Assembly (NCBI GenBank): GCA_042218075.1
Contig: JBDGRK010000014.1
Location: 1 to 20,847 of the forward strand
Source of the DNA: Candidatus Nanohaloarchaea archaeon
GTDB lineage: Archaea; Nanohalarchaeota; Nanosalinia; Nanosalinales; Nanosalinaceae
Reading direction: 5' to 3'
DNA length: 20,847 nucleotides
Shown here: one piece after another, positions 8,639-17,119 of the stretch
Layout of the letters: each line of letters opens with the position of its first letter
How positions within the stretch are numbered: the first letter of the stretch is position 1
Notes under the pieces: model-generated
Database searches by the model: none
Told to the model about the DNA's origin: nothing
What the model saw: only the letters and a program-made list of their open reading frames with translations
Translations under genes and position numbers: made by a program

Positions 8639-8712
8639 CCCGCCCTAGCTCAGGCTGGCAGAGCGGTCGCCTGTAGAGCGACTTGTCCCCCGTTCAAATC
8701 GGGGGGGCGGGA
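8639..8712 (+). tRNA. tRNA-Tyr (anticodon GTA), intronless, CCA not encoded
   Basis: Acceptor CCCGCCC/GGGCGGG (archaeal C1-G72, A73), anticodon stem GTCGC/GCGAC with loop CTGTAGA, T arm CCCCG-TTCAAAT-CGGGG, short variable loop. Confidence 0.97.
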
Positions 8713-8846
8713 CTATTCTCATTTTTCCGATAGCATAAGTAAAGATTCTTTGCGATCAAATTGGACTGAAATCGCATCGAAAATATTTTGTTCCTAAATA
8801 ATAACAAATTATATAAGTCTCAAAATGTAATTATTAGTTAGTCACA

Positions 8847-10082
8847 ATGAATGTGGTTTCCGATTTGAAAGAATCAGTAAAATCGTTTGTTGGTAACGAC
8901 AGCAGAGATTCTGTCGAATCAATGAGTTCTGTTTATGGCTCAGAAACGATTTATCATCAGTTTACTGATAAAGTAAGAAATTTTACTTCAAATTTAGTAA
9001 ATTATACTGACGATTCTGGTAATTCGCAAGACTTAGTCCGTGAATTAGAACCTGAACCCTCATCATTAGATCAATTATCTGATTTCGTTTTGGAATCCTC
9101 TAAAACTGTTCAAACTAATTGTGAAAACTTTTATGACAATTTTCGAAGCAATGATATTCTTGAAACAGCCGTATATAATGGTAAAAAGGCTTATAACGTA
9201 TGGCAAGACCCAAGAGTAAAGTCAGCAAAATTTACTGGCTGTACGGGTATTGTGGCCGGTGCAAAACTCGGTAATCACAATCAAGAATTTCATCAAACTA
9301 TTGTAGATCAAAAAGATAAAACAGAATTGGAATTAGGTCCGTTGGATTTAGAGACTGATATTGAATTCGAAATTCCATTTACTGATTTTGAATTCGACTC
9401 CGGTATCAATATAAGGGACAATTTGGAGTCAGCTAACGAGTACTGGGACGAAAATATGTCGAGAGTGATCCGTGATTTTGGAGAAGTTGACAGCATTCAG
9501 GGTTTAGTTGAGGGTACAGCCGATAAATATGGCCACTTCTTTTGCAATATGTTTATGGCTGAACAGGCTGCTATGAAAGTCAATGATAGGTTAGAAGGTT
9601 ATCAGCCAGGACCTATAGCAATAGCAGCCGCTTCAACTGTTCCCGCTTACTTTTTGATCAAAGAGGGATGGATAGAAGGTGGTATGGATACTCTGAACCT
9701 GTCCTTCAACCGATTGGACTTAAAAGCTGATCTTTATACAGACGCTACTGGGGCTACATATGGAACTCACAACTCCTTCAAAAAAATAATTCAATCAGAG
9801 GATGATGTAGACAAATCTGAAACTTATCTTGGAACATTAGGATATATGGAGGAAAGAATAGGAAATGCTCTAAAGGCGGGTCCTTCAGCCAAAGAATTGG
9901 GAAGAGCTTTTGGAACTGCTGAATACAGCGCTAATAATGCTATAAAGGAATTAGCAAATTATGGACGCAGTGAATCAACAGAGAATACTTCGGACTCTGT
10001 GTATATAGCAGATGGTGGAACAGAGGAATTTTCAGGGATATCTAAGGAAGATTTTGTATGGGAAGAAATTCCTGATAGTTAA
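8847..10082 (+). CDS. Hypothetical AT-rich protein with a YfiM/DUF2279-like DK-x-x-HF...KE...D-x-x-GA motif region
   Basis: 411-aa acidic ORF, low GC (14/60 in 8941-9000). DKYGHFF...IKEGW...DLYTDATGATYG. The family resemblance is by eye only. Confidence 0.75.
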   Translation: MNVVSDLKESVKSFVGNDSRDSVESMSSVYGSETIYHQFTDKVRNFTSNLVNYTDDSGNSQDLVRELEPEPSSLDQLSDFVLESSKTVQTNCENFYDNFRSNDILETAVYNGKKAYNVWQDPRVKSAKFTGCTGIVAGAKLGNHNQEFHQTIVDQKDKTELELGPLDLETDIEFEIPFTDFEFDSGINIRDNLESANEYWDENMSRVIRDFGEVDSIQGLVEGTADKYGHFFCNMFMAEQAAMKVNDRLEGYQPGPIAIAAASTVPAYFLIKEGWIEGGMDTLNLSFNRLDLKADLYTDATGATYGTHNSFKKIIQSEDDVDKSETYLGTLGYMEERIGNALKAGPSAKELGRAFGTAEYSANNAIKELANYGRSESTENTSDSVYIADGGTEEFSGISKEDFVWEEIPDS

Positions 10083-10265
10083 AAATGAAATAGAAATAAT
10101 TTTCAGAGAGCTCAATCCGATAGATGTGAATCCAAAGTAAAGCCTTGCTTTCATTTATCAATAAGAATTACTACATAAATATCAAACTCTCTACATTAAT
10201 TTATGATAATTAATCGTAAAGATGTAGATCATCTTTAATTTTCTTTATCTAAAAATTCCTTTTAC

Positions 10266-10832
10266 ATGAACTTCAGGGAAAGGTATGGATCATTCTTCGA
10301 TAAACTTGAAGAAGACCACTTTGATCCGGAGCGCTTCGTTCCGGCTGTAGGCCCCGAGGATGCGGTGGTGATGATGGTTGGAGAGGCGCCGGGGGCGAAC
10401 GAGGTTGAAGAGGGAGAGCCGTTTGTCGGTAGGGCGGGAAGCAAGCTGGATGACATTCTCAGTGAGATAGGAGTTGAGAGATCCGAGCTATACATCACTA
10501 ACCTGGTCAAGGTCAGACCCCCGGAAAATCGGGATCCGAGGAGAGACGAGATCGAGGCCTGGAGGCCTCTGCTTGATAAGGAGATAGAGGAAGTTGACCC
10601 GGATGTTATTTTGACTTTGGGTAATTTTGCATCAAGAGAACTTCTGGATACTGGTGAGGGTATCACCTCGATACACGGAGAGATGTTCGAGAGAGGTGGA
10701 AGAAAGATAATGCCGATCTACCATCCGGCCGCTACACTCTACGACAGGAGCAAGACTCCTGAGCTTGAAGAAGACCTGAGAAAGGCTTTCGGGAAAGAGG
10801 GAGAGGGCCAGCAAAAGCTCGATGAGATCTAA
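10266..10832 (+). CDS. udg: Uracil-DNA glycosylase, family 4-like, with C-terminal PIP-box-like motif
   Basis: GEAPGANE, GEPFVGRAG, YITNLVKVRPPENRDP, YHPAA; tail QQKLDEI. Confidence 0.93.
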   Translation: MNFRERYGSFFDKLEEDHFDPERFVPAVGPEDAVVMMVGEAPGANEVEEGEPFVGRAGSKLDDILSEIGVERSELYITNLVKVRPPENRDPRRDEIEAWRPLLDKEIEEVDPDVILTLGNFASRELLDTGEGITSIHGEMFERGGRKIMPIYHPAATLYDRSKTPELEEDLRKAFGKEGEGQQKLDEI

Positions 10833-10930
10833 TTCATAGCATATTTTCTAGAATTTTTTTCGAAATCCACTATATGCATTTAGAAAATTGATCGTCAGCT
10901 TAAAAACTGTCGAATCTCCTCTAGTTTCTA

Positions 10931-11806
10931 ATGCAGAAGTACAAATCTATTGTCGATAACTGGCATAGTTTTAGAGAGGCTTGCGAGGAGCCTGCCATTT
11001 CATCGGTCAGGAGGAACGACCTCAAGGCGGGTAAAGATTTCGAGGAAAGGCTCAGAGATAATTTTGGGGAAGTTGAGCGGGCCGAGTGGAATGACAGTAT
11101 TTTCCGGCTGGGAGATGAGAAGCTGCCAGGGAAAACTCTTCCTCACTGGAGAGGCGAGTACTACGTCCAGGAGGAATCCGCTGCTATTCCTGTTGAAGTC
11201 CTTGGTATGGAAAAGGGTGACAGAGTACTGGATATGTGTGCTGCTCCTGGCGGAAAGACAACACAGATGGCTGCCAAAATCGATAACGAGGGGAAGATAA
11301 TCGCGAACGACAGTTCAGGAAAGAGGCTCAAGAGTCTTCACGCCAATATCTACAGGACAGGTTCGGCCTGCGTTTCGGTAACTAACTACGATGGAAGGAA
11401 TTTGCCAGAGTATGAAAAGTTTGACAGTATACTGGTTGATGCTCCCTGCACAGGGGAGGGGAACAGGGCGAGAAGGGATTTCGAGCCGGCTGATAGGGAT
11501 GAGATTGAGGGACTTTCAGAGCTGCAGAAACAGCTGGGTGAAAAGGCAGTTAGATTTTTGAAAGAGGGAGGAGAGATGGTGTACTCCACATGCACTGTAA
11601 ATCCCTGGGAGAATGAGCGAGTGGTAAAGTATCTGATAGAGAGTACAGAGCTGTCACTGGAGCTGGTTGATATAGAAACGGAACATACCAGAGGCGTGAA
11701 AAGCTTCAAGGGTGAAAGTTTCGATGGGGGAATGGAGAAAACTGTCAGGGTTTATCCTCACCATCTGGATTCCGGGGTGATCTATGTTGCAAAGTTCAGG
11801 AAGTGA
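10931..11806 (+). CDS. RsmB/NOP2 (NSUN) family RNA cytosine-C5 methyltransferase
   Basis: GEYYVQEESA, VLDMCAAPGGKT, LVDAPCTG (motif IV Cys), YSTCT (motif VI Cys), ENE. Confidence 0.95.
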   Translation: MQKYKSIVDNWHSFREACEEPAISSVRRNDLKAGKDFEERLRDNFGEVERAEWNDSIFRLGDEKLPGKTLPHWRGEYYVQEESAAIPVEVLGMEKGDRVLDMCAAPGGKTTQMAAKIDNEGKIIANDSSGKRLKSLHANIYRTGSACVSVTNYDGRNLPEYEKFDSILVDAPCTGEGNRARRDFEPADRDEIEGLSELQKQLGEKAVRFLKEGGEMVYSTCTVNPWENERVVKYLIESTELSLELVDIETEHTRGVKSFKGESFDGGMEKTVRVYPHHLDSGVIYVAKFRK

Positions 11807-12227
11807 GGATGCTTGGAACTACCTGGAGGAGAGGTTTGGGGTCGGCAGCCATGATCTTGCAAACTTCAAACTCCAGAAGATTTCAGGCAGTTACTGGCTT
11901 CACACCGGGACCATGGAAATCGACCTCAAGTATGAGACTCGCGGCATAAGATTTCTGAGAGAGACCGGAAGAGGCCTGAAACCGACTACCTACGCTCTTC
12001 AGCTCCTTGGACCGAGAATTTCAAAGAATATTGTTGAGATTGATGAGTCAGAGTTGAAAAAGCTCCTTGCCAGGGAGGAAATGATTGAGAAGGAGGTGGA
12101 AGAGGAAGGATACGTCGCCATAAGGTTTGAGGGAAGAATAATTGGATGCGGGATGTACAGGGACGGAGTTGTTTCGTCCAGGATCCCCAAGGGCAGGAGT
12201 GAAGAGTTGCTGGAAATACTAGAGTAA
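11784..12227 (+). CDS. NIP7/PUA-like RNA-binding partner of the m5C methyltransferase
   Basis: Overlaps the MTase end. YLEERFG, GIRFLR, KPTTYALQLLG, KNIVEI, GYV...IIGCG...SRIPK are typical of the archaeal RsmF C-terminal/NIP7-like protein. Confidence 0.8.
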   Translation: MLQSSGSEDAWNYLEERFGVGSHDLANFKLQKISGSYWLHTGTMEIDLKYETRGIRFLRETGRGLKPTTYALQLLGPRISKNIVEIDESELKKLLAREEMIEKEVEEEGYVAIRFEGRIIGCGMYRDGVVSSRIPKGRSEELLEILE

Positions 12228-12229
12228 AT

Positions 12230-12481
12230 TTATCTCAAGCCGTGTCCACTATCGCTCTTTCTATCATGAAGGTACTCTATCAGGTTGATTACCACAAGGG
12301 CTATAGTTGCCTGGAAGGCGATCGCAAACATATCGGTAGATACGCTGAACAGAGCATCCCTGTTGAACCTGTCTACCTGGGAGTAGATAATGTAGGCATC
12401 CAGGCCAAGTACAGCGATGGTTATCAGGTCCATGCTGGGCATCTTCTCCAGCATGTCGGCTATGCTGCTATCCCCGCTCAT
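12230..12481 (-). CDS. Small two-helix membrane protein (83 aa)
   Basis: ATG at 12481 (MSGDSSIAD...), two hydrophobic segments, TTAAAA box about 29 nt upstream. The longer ORF-track start overlaps the 5S gene. Confidence 0.65.
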   Translation of the reverse strand: MSGDSSIADMLEKMPSMDLITIAVLGLDAYIIYSQVDRFNRDALFSVSTDMFAIAFQATIALVVINLIEYLHDRKSDSGHGLR

Positions 12482-12532
12482 ATCAAATATATAACTGTTT
12501 CCAGTTTTAAGCCTAATCTCCTTCTCGTTTGG

Positions 12533-12539
12533 TTTAAAA
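12533..12539 (+). promoter_or_regulatory. TATA box of the stand-alone 5S rRNA gene
   Basis: TTTAAAA starting 31 nt upstream of the 5S 5' end. Confidence 0.6.
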
Positions 12540-12563
12540 GATTTTAGAGATATTGATTGAATA

Positions 12564-12676
12564 CTGGCGGCCACAGCGAGGGGGCAACACCCGTACCCAT
12601 TCCGAACACGGAAGTAAAGTCCCTCAGCGATCTGGCCGGTACTGCCTCGCGGCGGGAAATCCAGGACGCTGCCAGG
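12564..12676 (+). rRNA. rrf: 5S rRNA (stand-alone, about 113 nt)
   Basis: Helix I CTGGCGGC/GCTGCCAG; conserved CACCCGTACCCATTCCGAACACGGAAGTAAAG and GTACT...GGGAAA loop E region. Confidence 0.96.
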
Positions 12677-12765
12677 CTACTTTTCAATATATTTTTATAT
12701 CGAGATGAGAGGGAGGAACTTATTCCAGTGAATGATATTTATTTGTTACTTTTTGATAACTATTC

Positions 12766-13746
12766 ATGTTGTCCGGGGTCTTTGTAAAAGTAGTCGAGTG
12801 GTTTGACCAAAAAATTGAATATGAAGAATCCGGGGAATTGAAAGAAGACTATACGGTTTTAGATACTTTTGAGAGTGCTACTTCTAACGAGGTAAGTCTT
12901 GTTAAAAATGAGAAAGGAGAAGAATACGTTTTGAAGGAGTTGGAAGGATTTTCAAAGTCTCAGTTGCTGGAAATGGTATCAGGACTAATATTTGTCGGGG
13001 AACTTGATTATCCGGATGTAGATCAATGCCTGGAAAACGAAGAAGGGCTGAGGAAGAAAATAGGCAGGTATCTGAATTTGGCAGAAATTATCGAGAAAGA
13101 TGGAACCGCCTTTGTGATGGAAAAGGTTGACTCGATCCCCTACAAGGAATGGGCGAAAGATGCCGATACATCAGATTTCAGGTCGGTAACTAGGTCTTTC
13201 ATGGAAGATTACTCCGAGCTACTTGAAGAAGGCTACTCTGTCAGGGATGCAAGACTCTCAAACCTTGCTGTAACTCCGGATCTGGATATAGATTACTGCT
13301 GGTTTGATATTGAATATGCTGAGGTCAACTCCAGTCCTGAAGCCCAGAGAATAGATAAGCTGCAGATGCTGGAGAGCGCGAAGCACCTGAGTCCGGAAAT
13401 GTACCAGAACTTCCGTCAAGTATTTGATGAGGTTATAGGCGAAGTGGATGAGGAAATAGAACTGGCTTCCGATCTGGCATCGATAGGTCACTCATTTCCC
13501 TACAGTCTTTCTGATATAGAAGAACAGGCTGGATTACCTACAGGTGAAGTAGAACTCTCTGAATTTATGGAAAGATTGAGAAATGAAGCTCTGGGGTATG
13601 AGTCGGAAGAGGAATGGTATCAGAATGCTCTCCAGAACGCTGAATACTCTGACGAAGAAGCTGACGCTTTTCTTTCTCTAATGGATGAAACTCTAAAGGG
13701 ATACGTGGAAAACGTTAGGGAGGGCTTCTGGCCGGTTAAGGCTTAA
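12766..13746 (+). CDS. Atypical protein-kinase-like fold protein (APH/Kdo/RIO-like)
   Basis: SNEVSLV...YVLKE (beta3 Lys), FVMEKVD hinge, RDARLSNL catalytic loop (D-x4-N), WFDIEYA (DFE-like). Confidence 0.7.
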   Translation: MLSGVFVKVVEWFDQKIEYEESGELKEDYTVLDTFESATSNEVSLVKNEKGEEYVLKELEGFSKSQLLEMVSGLIFVGELDYPDVDQCLENEEGLRKKIGRYLNLAEIIEKDGTAFVMEKVDSIPYKEWAKDADTSDFRSVTRSFMEDYSELLEEGYSVRDARLSNLAVTPDLDIDYCWFDIEYAEVNSSPEAQRIDKLQMLESAKHLSPEMYQNFRQVFDEVIGEVDEEIELASDLASIGHSFPYSLSDIEEQAGLPTGEVELSEFMERLRNEALGYESEEEWYQNALQNAEYSDEEADAFLSLMDETLKGYVENVREGFWPVKA

Positions 13747-13844
13747 TAGTTAAGTTTTCCACAGATTCTGGAATTTGAATTAATAATAGCTATGGATTTT
13801 TCTACTTGAAAAGTAGTTTTAAGCTTCACACTGATCGAGTAATT

Positions 13845-14435
13845 ATGTTTACAGGTCTCGTGGAGAGAACAGGTTGGATTGTTTCAATCAGGGAAGCAGG
13901 TGAGGGGAAAAGAATCGAGATTGAGGCAGGTGAATTTTTCGCAGATGTCGATAAAGGGGAAAGTATTAGCGTAAGCGGAGCCTGCCTGACAGTGGAGGAA
14001 TTTACTGATTCTGGAGCAATATTCTTTCTGGCGGAGGAGACTCTCGACCGTACATGGTTTTCGGAACTTTCGGCTGGAGACGAGTTAAACCTTGAGAAGT
14101 CTCTTACACCCGCCGATAGAATGGGAGGTCACTATGTTCAGGGTCATGTGGATGATACATCCCGGATACTTGAGGTGGAGGAGATGAAGGAGGGCTGGAA
14201 CTTAAGATTCTCTATACCGGGTGAAGTTTCGGAGTATATTGTAGAGAAGGGTTTCGTAGCCATAGATGGCATCAGCCTGACGGTTTCCGATGTTGGGGAA
14301 GAGAGCTTCGAGGTCACGATAATACCGGAGACATGGGATATAACAAACCTCTCAACCAGGGAGACGGGGGATAGTGTGAATATTGAAGCGGATATAATGG
14401 CGAAGTACGCTGAGAAAGCTGCCGGAAAAAGTTAA
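13845..14435 (+). CDS. ribC: Riboflavin synthase (trimeric alpha-chain type; ribC in E. coli nomenclature, ribE in others)
   Basis: MFTG start at 13845, GESISVSGACLTV, LNLE, GGHYVQGHVD, KGFVAIDGISLTV, IIPETW, VNIEAD. Confidence 0.95.
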   Translation: MFTGLVERTGWIVSIREAGEGKRIEIEAGEFFADVDKGESISVSGACLTVEEFTDSGAIFFLAEETLDRTWFSELSAGDELNLEKSLTPADRMGGHYVQGHVDDTSRILEVEEMKEGWNLRFSIPGEVSEYIVEKGFVAIDGISLTVSDVGEESFEVTIIPETWDITNLSTRETGDSVNIEADIMAKYAEKAAGKS

Positions 14436-14460
14436 GAGATTTTAGCGACAGTAATACTTT

Positions 14461-15324
14461 ATGGTATCTTCAAGCGGCCTCAAAACTAACGCAAAAATCT
14501 TGGGTCTATTATCCATTCTGACAGCTGTTTTCCTCGGAACTGGATATGCAATGGGAGGTACAGGCGGCATGGTAATAGGATTGATTTTCGCTGGCTTGAT
14601 GAATTTTGGCAGTTACTGGTTTTCCGACCGTATTGTTCTCAGGATTTATGGCGCTGAAAGACTGGAAGAATCCGATTATCCCGAGATTCATGAAGCAGTT
14701 AAAAGGCTCTCCGAAAAAGCCGGTATACCGGAGCCAAGAATCTACAGAAACGATATGAAGGTTCCCAACGCCTTTGCCACGGGAAGAAACCCGGAAAAGG
14801 GAGTTGTATGCGTTACCGATGGATTGATGAGGCAGCTGGAAACAGAGAAAATAGAAGGCGTTCTGGCCCACGAGATAGCGCACATCAGGAACAGGGATAG
14901 TCTGATCAATGCTGTTGTGGCGACTGTAGCTGGCGCGATTGCTGTTCTCGCGGAGATGGCTTTCTGGTCCTCCCTTTTCATGGATGAAGACGGCGGAGAA
15001 ATGATATCCGCTCTGGCTTTCATGATCCTGACCCCGCTGATAGCCACGATTATTAGGATGGCGGTCTCGAGGTCTATGGAGTACAGGGCAGACTCCCACG
15101 CGGTTAGAATTCATGGCGAGAAATCCGGTCTTTCGTCGGCCCTGGAAAAGATAAACAGGGCGAATCAGGGCCAGGGAGCGGTCGGACATGTTAGCAAGGT
15201 TCAGGAGACAGGCGCCAACCTTTTCATACAAAATCCTTTCTCAGGCCAGAGGATTACCAGGTTCTTTTCCACGCATCCCCCGCTGGATAAAAGACTGGAG
15301 AATATCGAATCTACCGAGGTGTAG
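14461..15324 (+). CDS. htpX: Membrane zinc metalloprotease HtpX (M48)
   Basis: Two N-terminal TM helices, PNAFATGRNP, GVLAHEIAH, SRSMEYRAD, FSTHPP. Confidence 0.96.
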   Translation: MVSSSGLKTNAKILGLLSILTAVFLGTGYAMGGTGGMVIGLIFAGLMNFGSYWFSDRIVLRIYGAERLEESDYPEIHEAVKRLSEKAGIPEPRIYRNDMKVPNAFATGRNPEKGVVCVTDGLMRQLETEKIEGVLAHEIAHIRNRDSLINAVVATVAGAIAVLAEMAFWSSLFMDEDGGEMISALAFMILTPLIATIIRMAVSRSMEYRADSHAVRIHGEKSGLSSALEKINRANQGQGAVGHVSKVQETGANLFIQNPFSGQRITRFFSTHPPLDKRLENIESTEV

Positions 15325-15369
15325 AGAAAATTAAAAAAATGGAAAATTTTCGAATCTACTGAGGTGTAG
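15305..15369 (+). repeat. 20-bp direct repeat duplicating the htpX 3' end
   Basis: TCGAATCTACCGAGGTGTAG (15305-15324) and TCGAATCTACTGAGGTGTAG (15350-15369), 19/20 identical. Confidence 0.85.
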
Positions 15370-15372
15370 CCT

Positions 15373-16112
15373 ATGTCGGTGAAAGCTGAAATACCTGTAC
15401 AGGCGCCTTTGGAACAGGATTATGAAGCGGGTAATGAGCTCTATGCGGGTTCTCTTGAGGATTATCCTGATCCAGAGGCAGCTATAGGTGAGGAACTGGA
15501 CAGCATAGCAGATAAGTACGATTTACCGGATTACTTCGATGAAGTAGAAGTCATGAATCTGGAAAGCCTGCCGGGCGCGAATGAGGGTGCTGTGGCTGCA
15601 ACGGCCCATTTACCTTCACTATACAGTCTGGAACCGATCTACGATATCTGGGATACACCGGAGTATGATGAACTGGTTGTCGGTGAAGATGGAGAAGTTT
15701 ACGGTTTGAATATCTGGGACTACGATACTGTATTTCTGGCTGATGAGCAAAAGTATCTGGATGCTGAACCAGAGGAGAGAGAAATGATTGACTTCCATGA
15801 ACATCAGCACGCCATTCAGTACAATGGGGTTCAGAGATACAGCATCTACTTGAAATGGGTGATCCGGCTGAATCTTATTTCAATCAGGTAGGGGATTATG
15901 CTTCTAGAGATTTTCTTGAGGGAAACACCCAGTGGGTTACTGAAGAAGTTGTCGACGGTGGAGAGATACTGGGTAGAGATTACGAACCTCAAAAGAGAAT
16001 GGCTGAGAGGGAAATGATGAGGCATAATATACTGCCGGACAGGACCGGCGGCTTGAATTCCAGAAGCTTTAAATTCTCTCAATCTCCCTTCACGGAGGCT
16101 TTACTATTCTAG
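15373..16112 (+). pseudogene. Frameshifted HExxH...E zinc-peptidase-like gene (about 246 aa if restored)
   Basis: ORF 15373-15891 has HEHQH. The -1 frame continues GSEIQHLLEMGDPAESYF...FLEGNTQWVT. Adding one G to the run at 15826-15829 fuses them. Confidence 0.7.
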
Positions 16113-17071
16113 ATCGTGGTATGTGCTCCGATGATCGCGTCGTTCATGTCTGTGTCTTCTATACTGCAGTTCCTGTCGATTATAGAGTTCCTTATTTCCG
16201 AATCCCTGACATCGGTATTCCCGAATACTATACTGTTCTCGATCTTGACTTCCTCCAGGGAGGCTCCCTCCATCACGAAAACGTTATCTCCTACCTCTGA
16301 GTCTTCTACTTCTCCCTCTATAATGTTTTCATCAATCACCTGGCTCCAGGCATCAAGGTAACCTTTCAGGGTGCCTATATCGAACCATTCTCCATCGAAA
16401 CTGAAAGCAAACATGTCAGTCTCCTCGTGAGCCCATTCAATAAGTCTTCCGGGCTCGTCCAGGTATTTCCCCTCTGGAACATCCGTGTCCTTGAAATGCT
16501 CGTCGTACTGATTGAAGAGCTCTACCTGGTCTTCCGGGAAGAAGTAGCAGGCTGTTGATGCCAGGGTTGAAGGAGGTTCCTCGGGTTTCTCCTCGAAGTC
16601 AACAATCTTTTCGTCATCAGTATCTACTATGCCAAAACTCGAGGCGATTGAGGAATCCTTCACGTCGTAAACAACGTTTACCGGTCCTCCGCTCTCCTCG
16701 CAGAACTCCAGAAGCTCGCCGAAGTCGAAGCCAAAGAAGTTATCTCCCCCGACTATCAGTAGATCGTCTTCCAGGTCTTCTGTCTCTATGAGATTTATTA
16801 TCGCCCCGATAGTTCCCGGTTTTTCCTCTTCGCTGTCCTGGTTCTCTACTACAACCCTGGCATTATCGTGATCGTAATCGTCAACGAAGTCTGAGAAGTC
16901 TTCTTCAAATTTTTCGTTGGTAGAGATTATTATTTCATCAAGGTCTTCCATTCCCTGCATCAGGTACTCGATTATCGGCTTTTCTCCAAGCGGAAGAAGT
17001 GGTTTCGCACGGTTTTTCGTAACTGGCCAAAGCCTCGTAGCATGTCCCCCGGCAAGAATAATCGCTTTCAT
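16109..17071 (-). CDS. Sugar-phosphate nucleotidyltransferase (NDP-sugar synthase, glucose-1-P thymidylyltransferase-like) with C-terminal beta-helix
   Basis: MKAIILAGGHATRLWP...KPLLP, GDN, FGIV, FEEKP, WFDIGT, hexapeptide repeats. Confidence 0.93.
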   Translation of the reverse strand: MKAIILAGGHATRLWPVTKNRAKPLLPLGEKPIIEYLMQGMEDLDEIIISTNEKFEEDFSDFVDDYDHDNARVVVENQDSEEEKPGTIGAIINLIETEDLEDDLLIVGGDNFFGFDFGELLEFCEESGGPVNVVYDVKDSSIASSFGIVDTDDEKIVDFEEKPEEPPSTLASTACYFFPEDQVELFNQYDEHFKDTDVPEGKYLDEPGRLIEWAHEETDMFAFSFDGEWFDIGTLKGYLDAWSQVIDENIIEGEVEDSEVGDNVFVMEGASLEEVKIENSIVFGNTDVRDSEIRNSIIDRNCSIEDTDMNDAIIGAHTTI

Positions 17072-17119
17072 CGATACCAATAATACATGGTAATACGCAG
17101 GGACTTAAATTAGGTGTGG

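Noticed and set aside
10432-10439. GGGCGGGA matching the tRNA-Tyr 3' end as a possible attR
   Set aside because: Only 8 nt and inside the conserved GRAG codons of UDG.
12557-12787. 76-aa ORF
   Set aside because: Overlaps the 5S rRNA gene; spurious.
14509-15231. 240-aa minus-strand ORF
   Set aside because: Antisense shadow of htpX.
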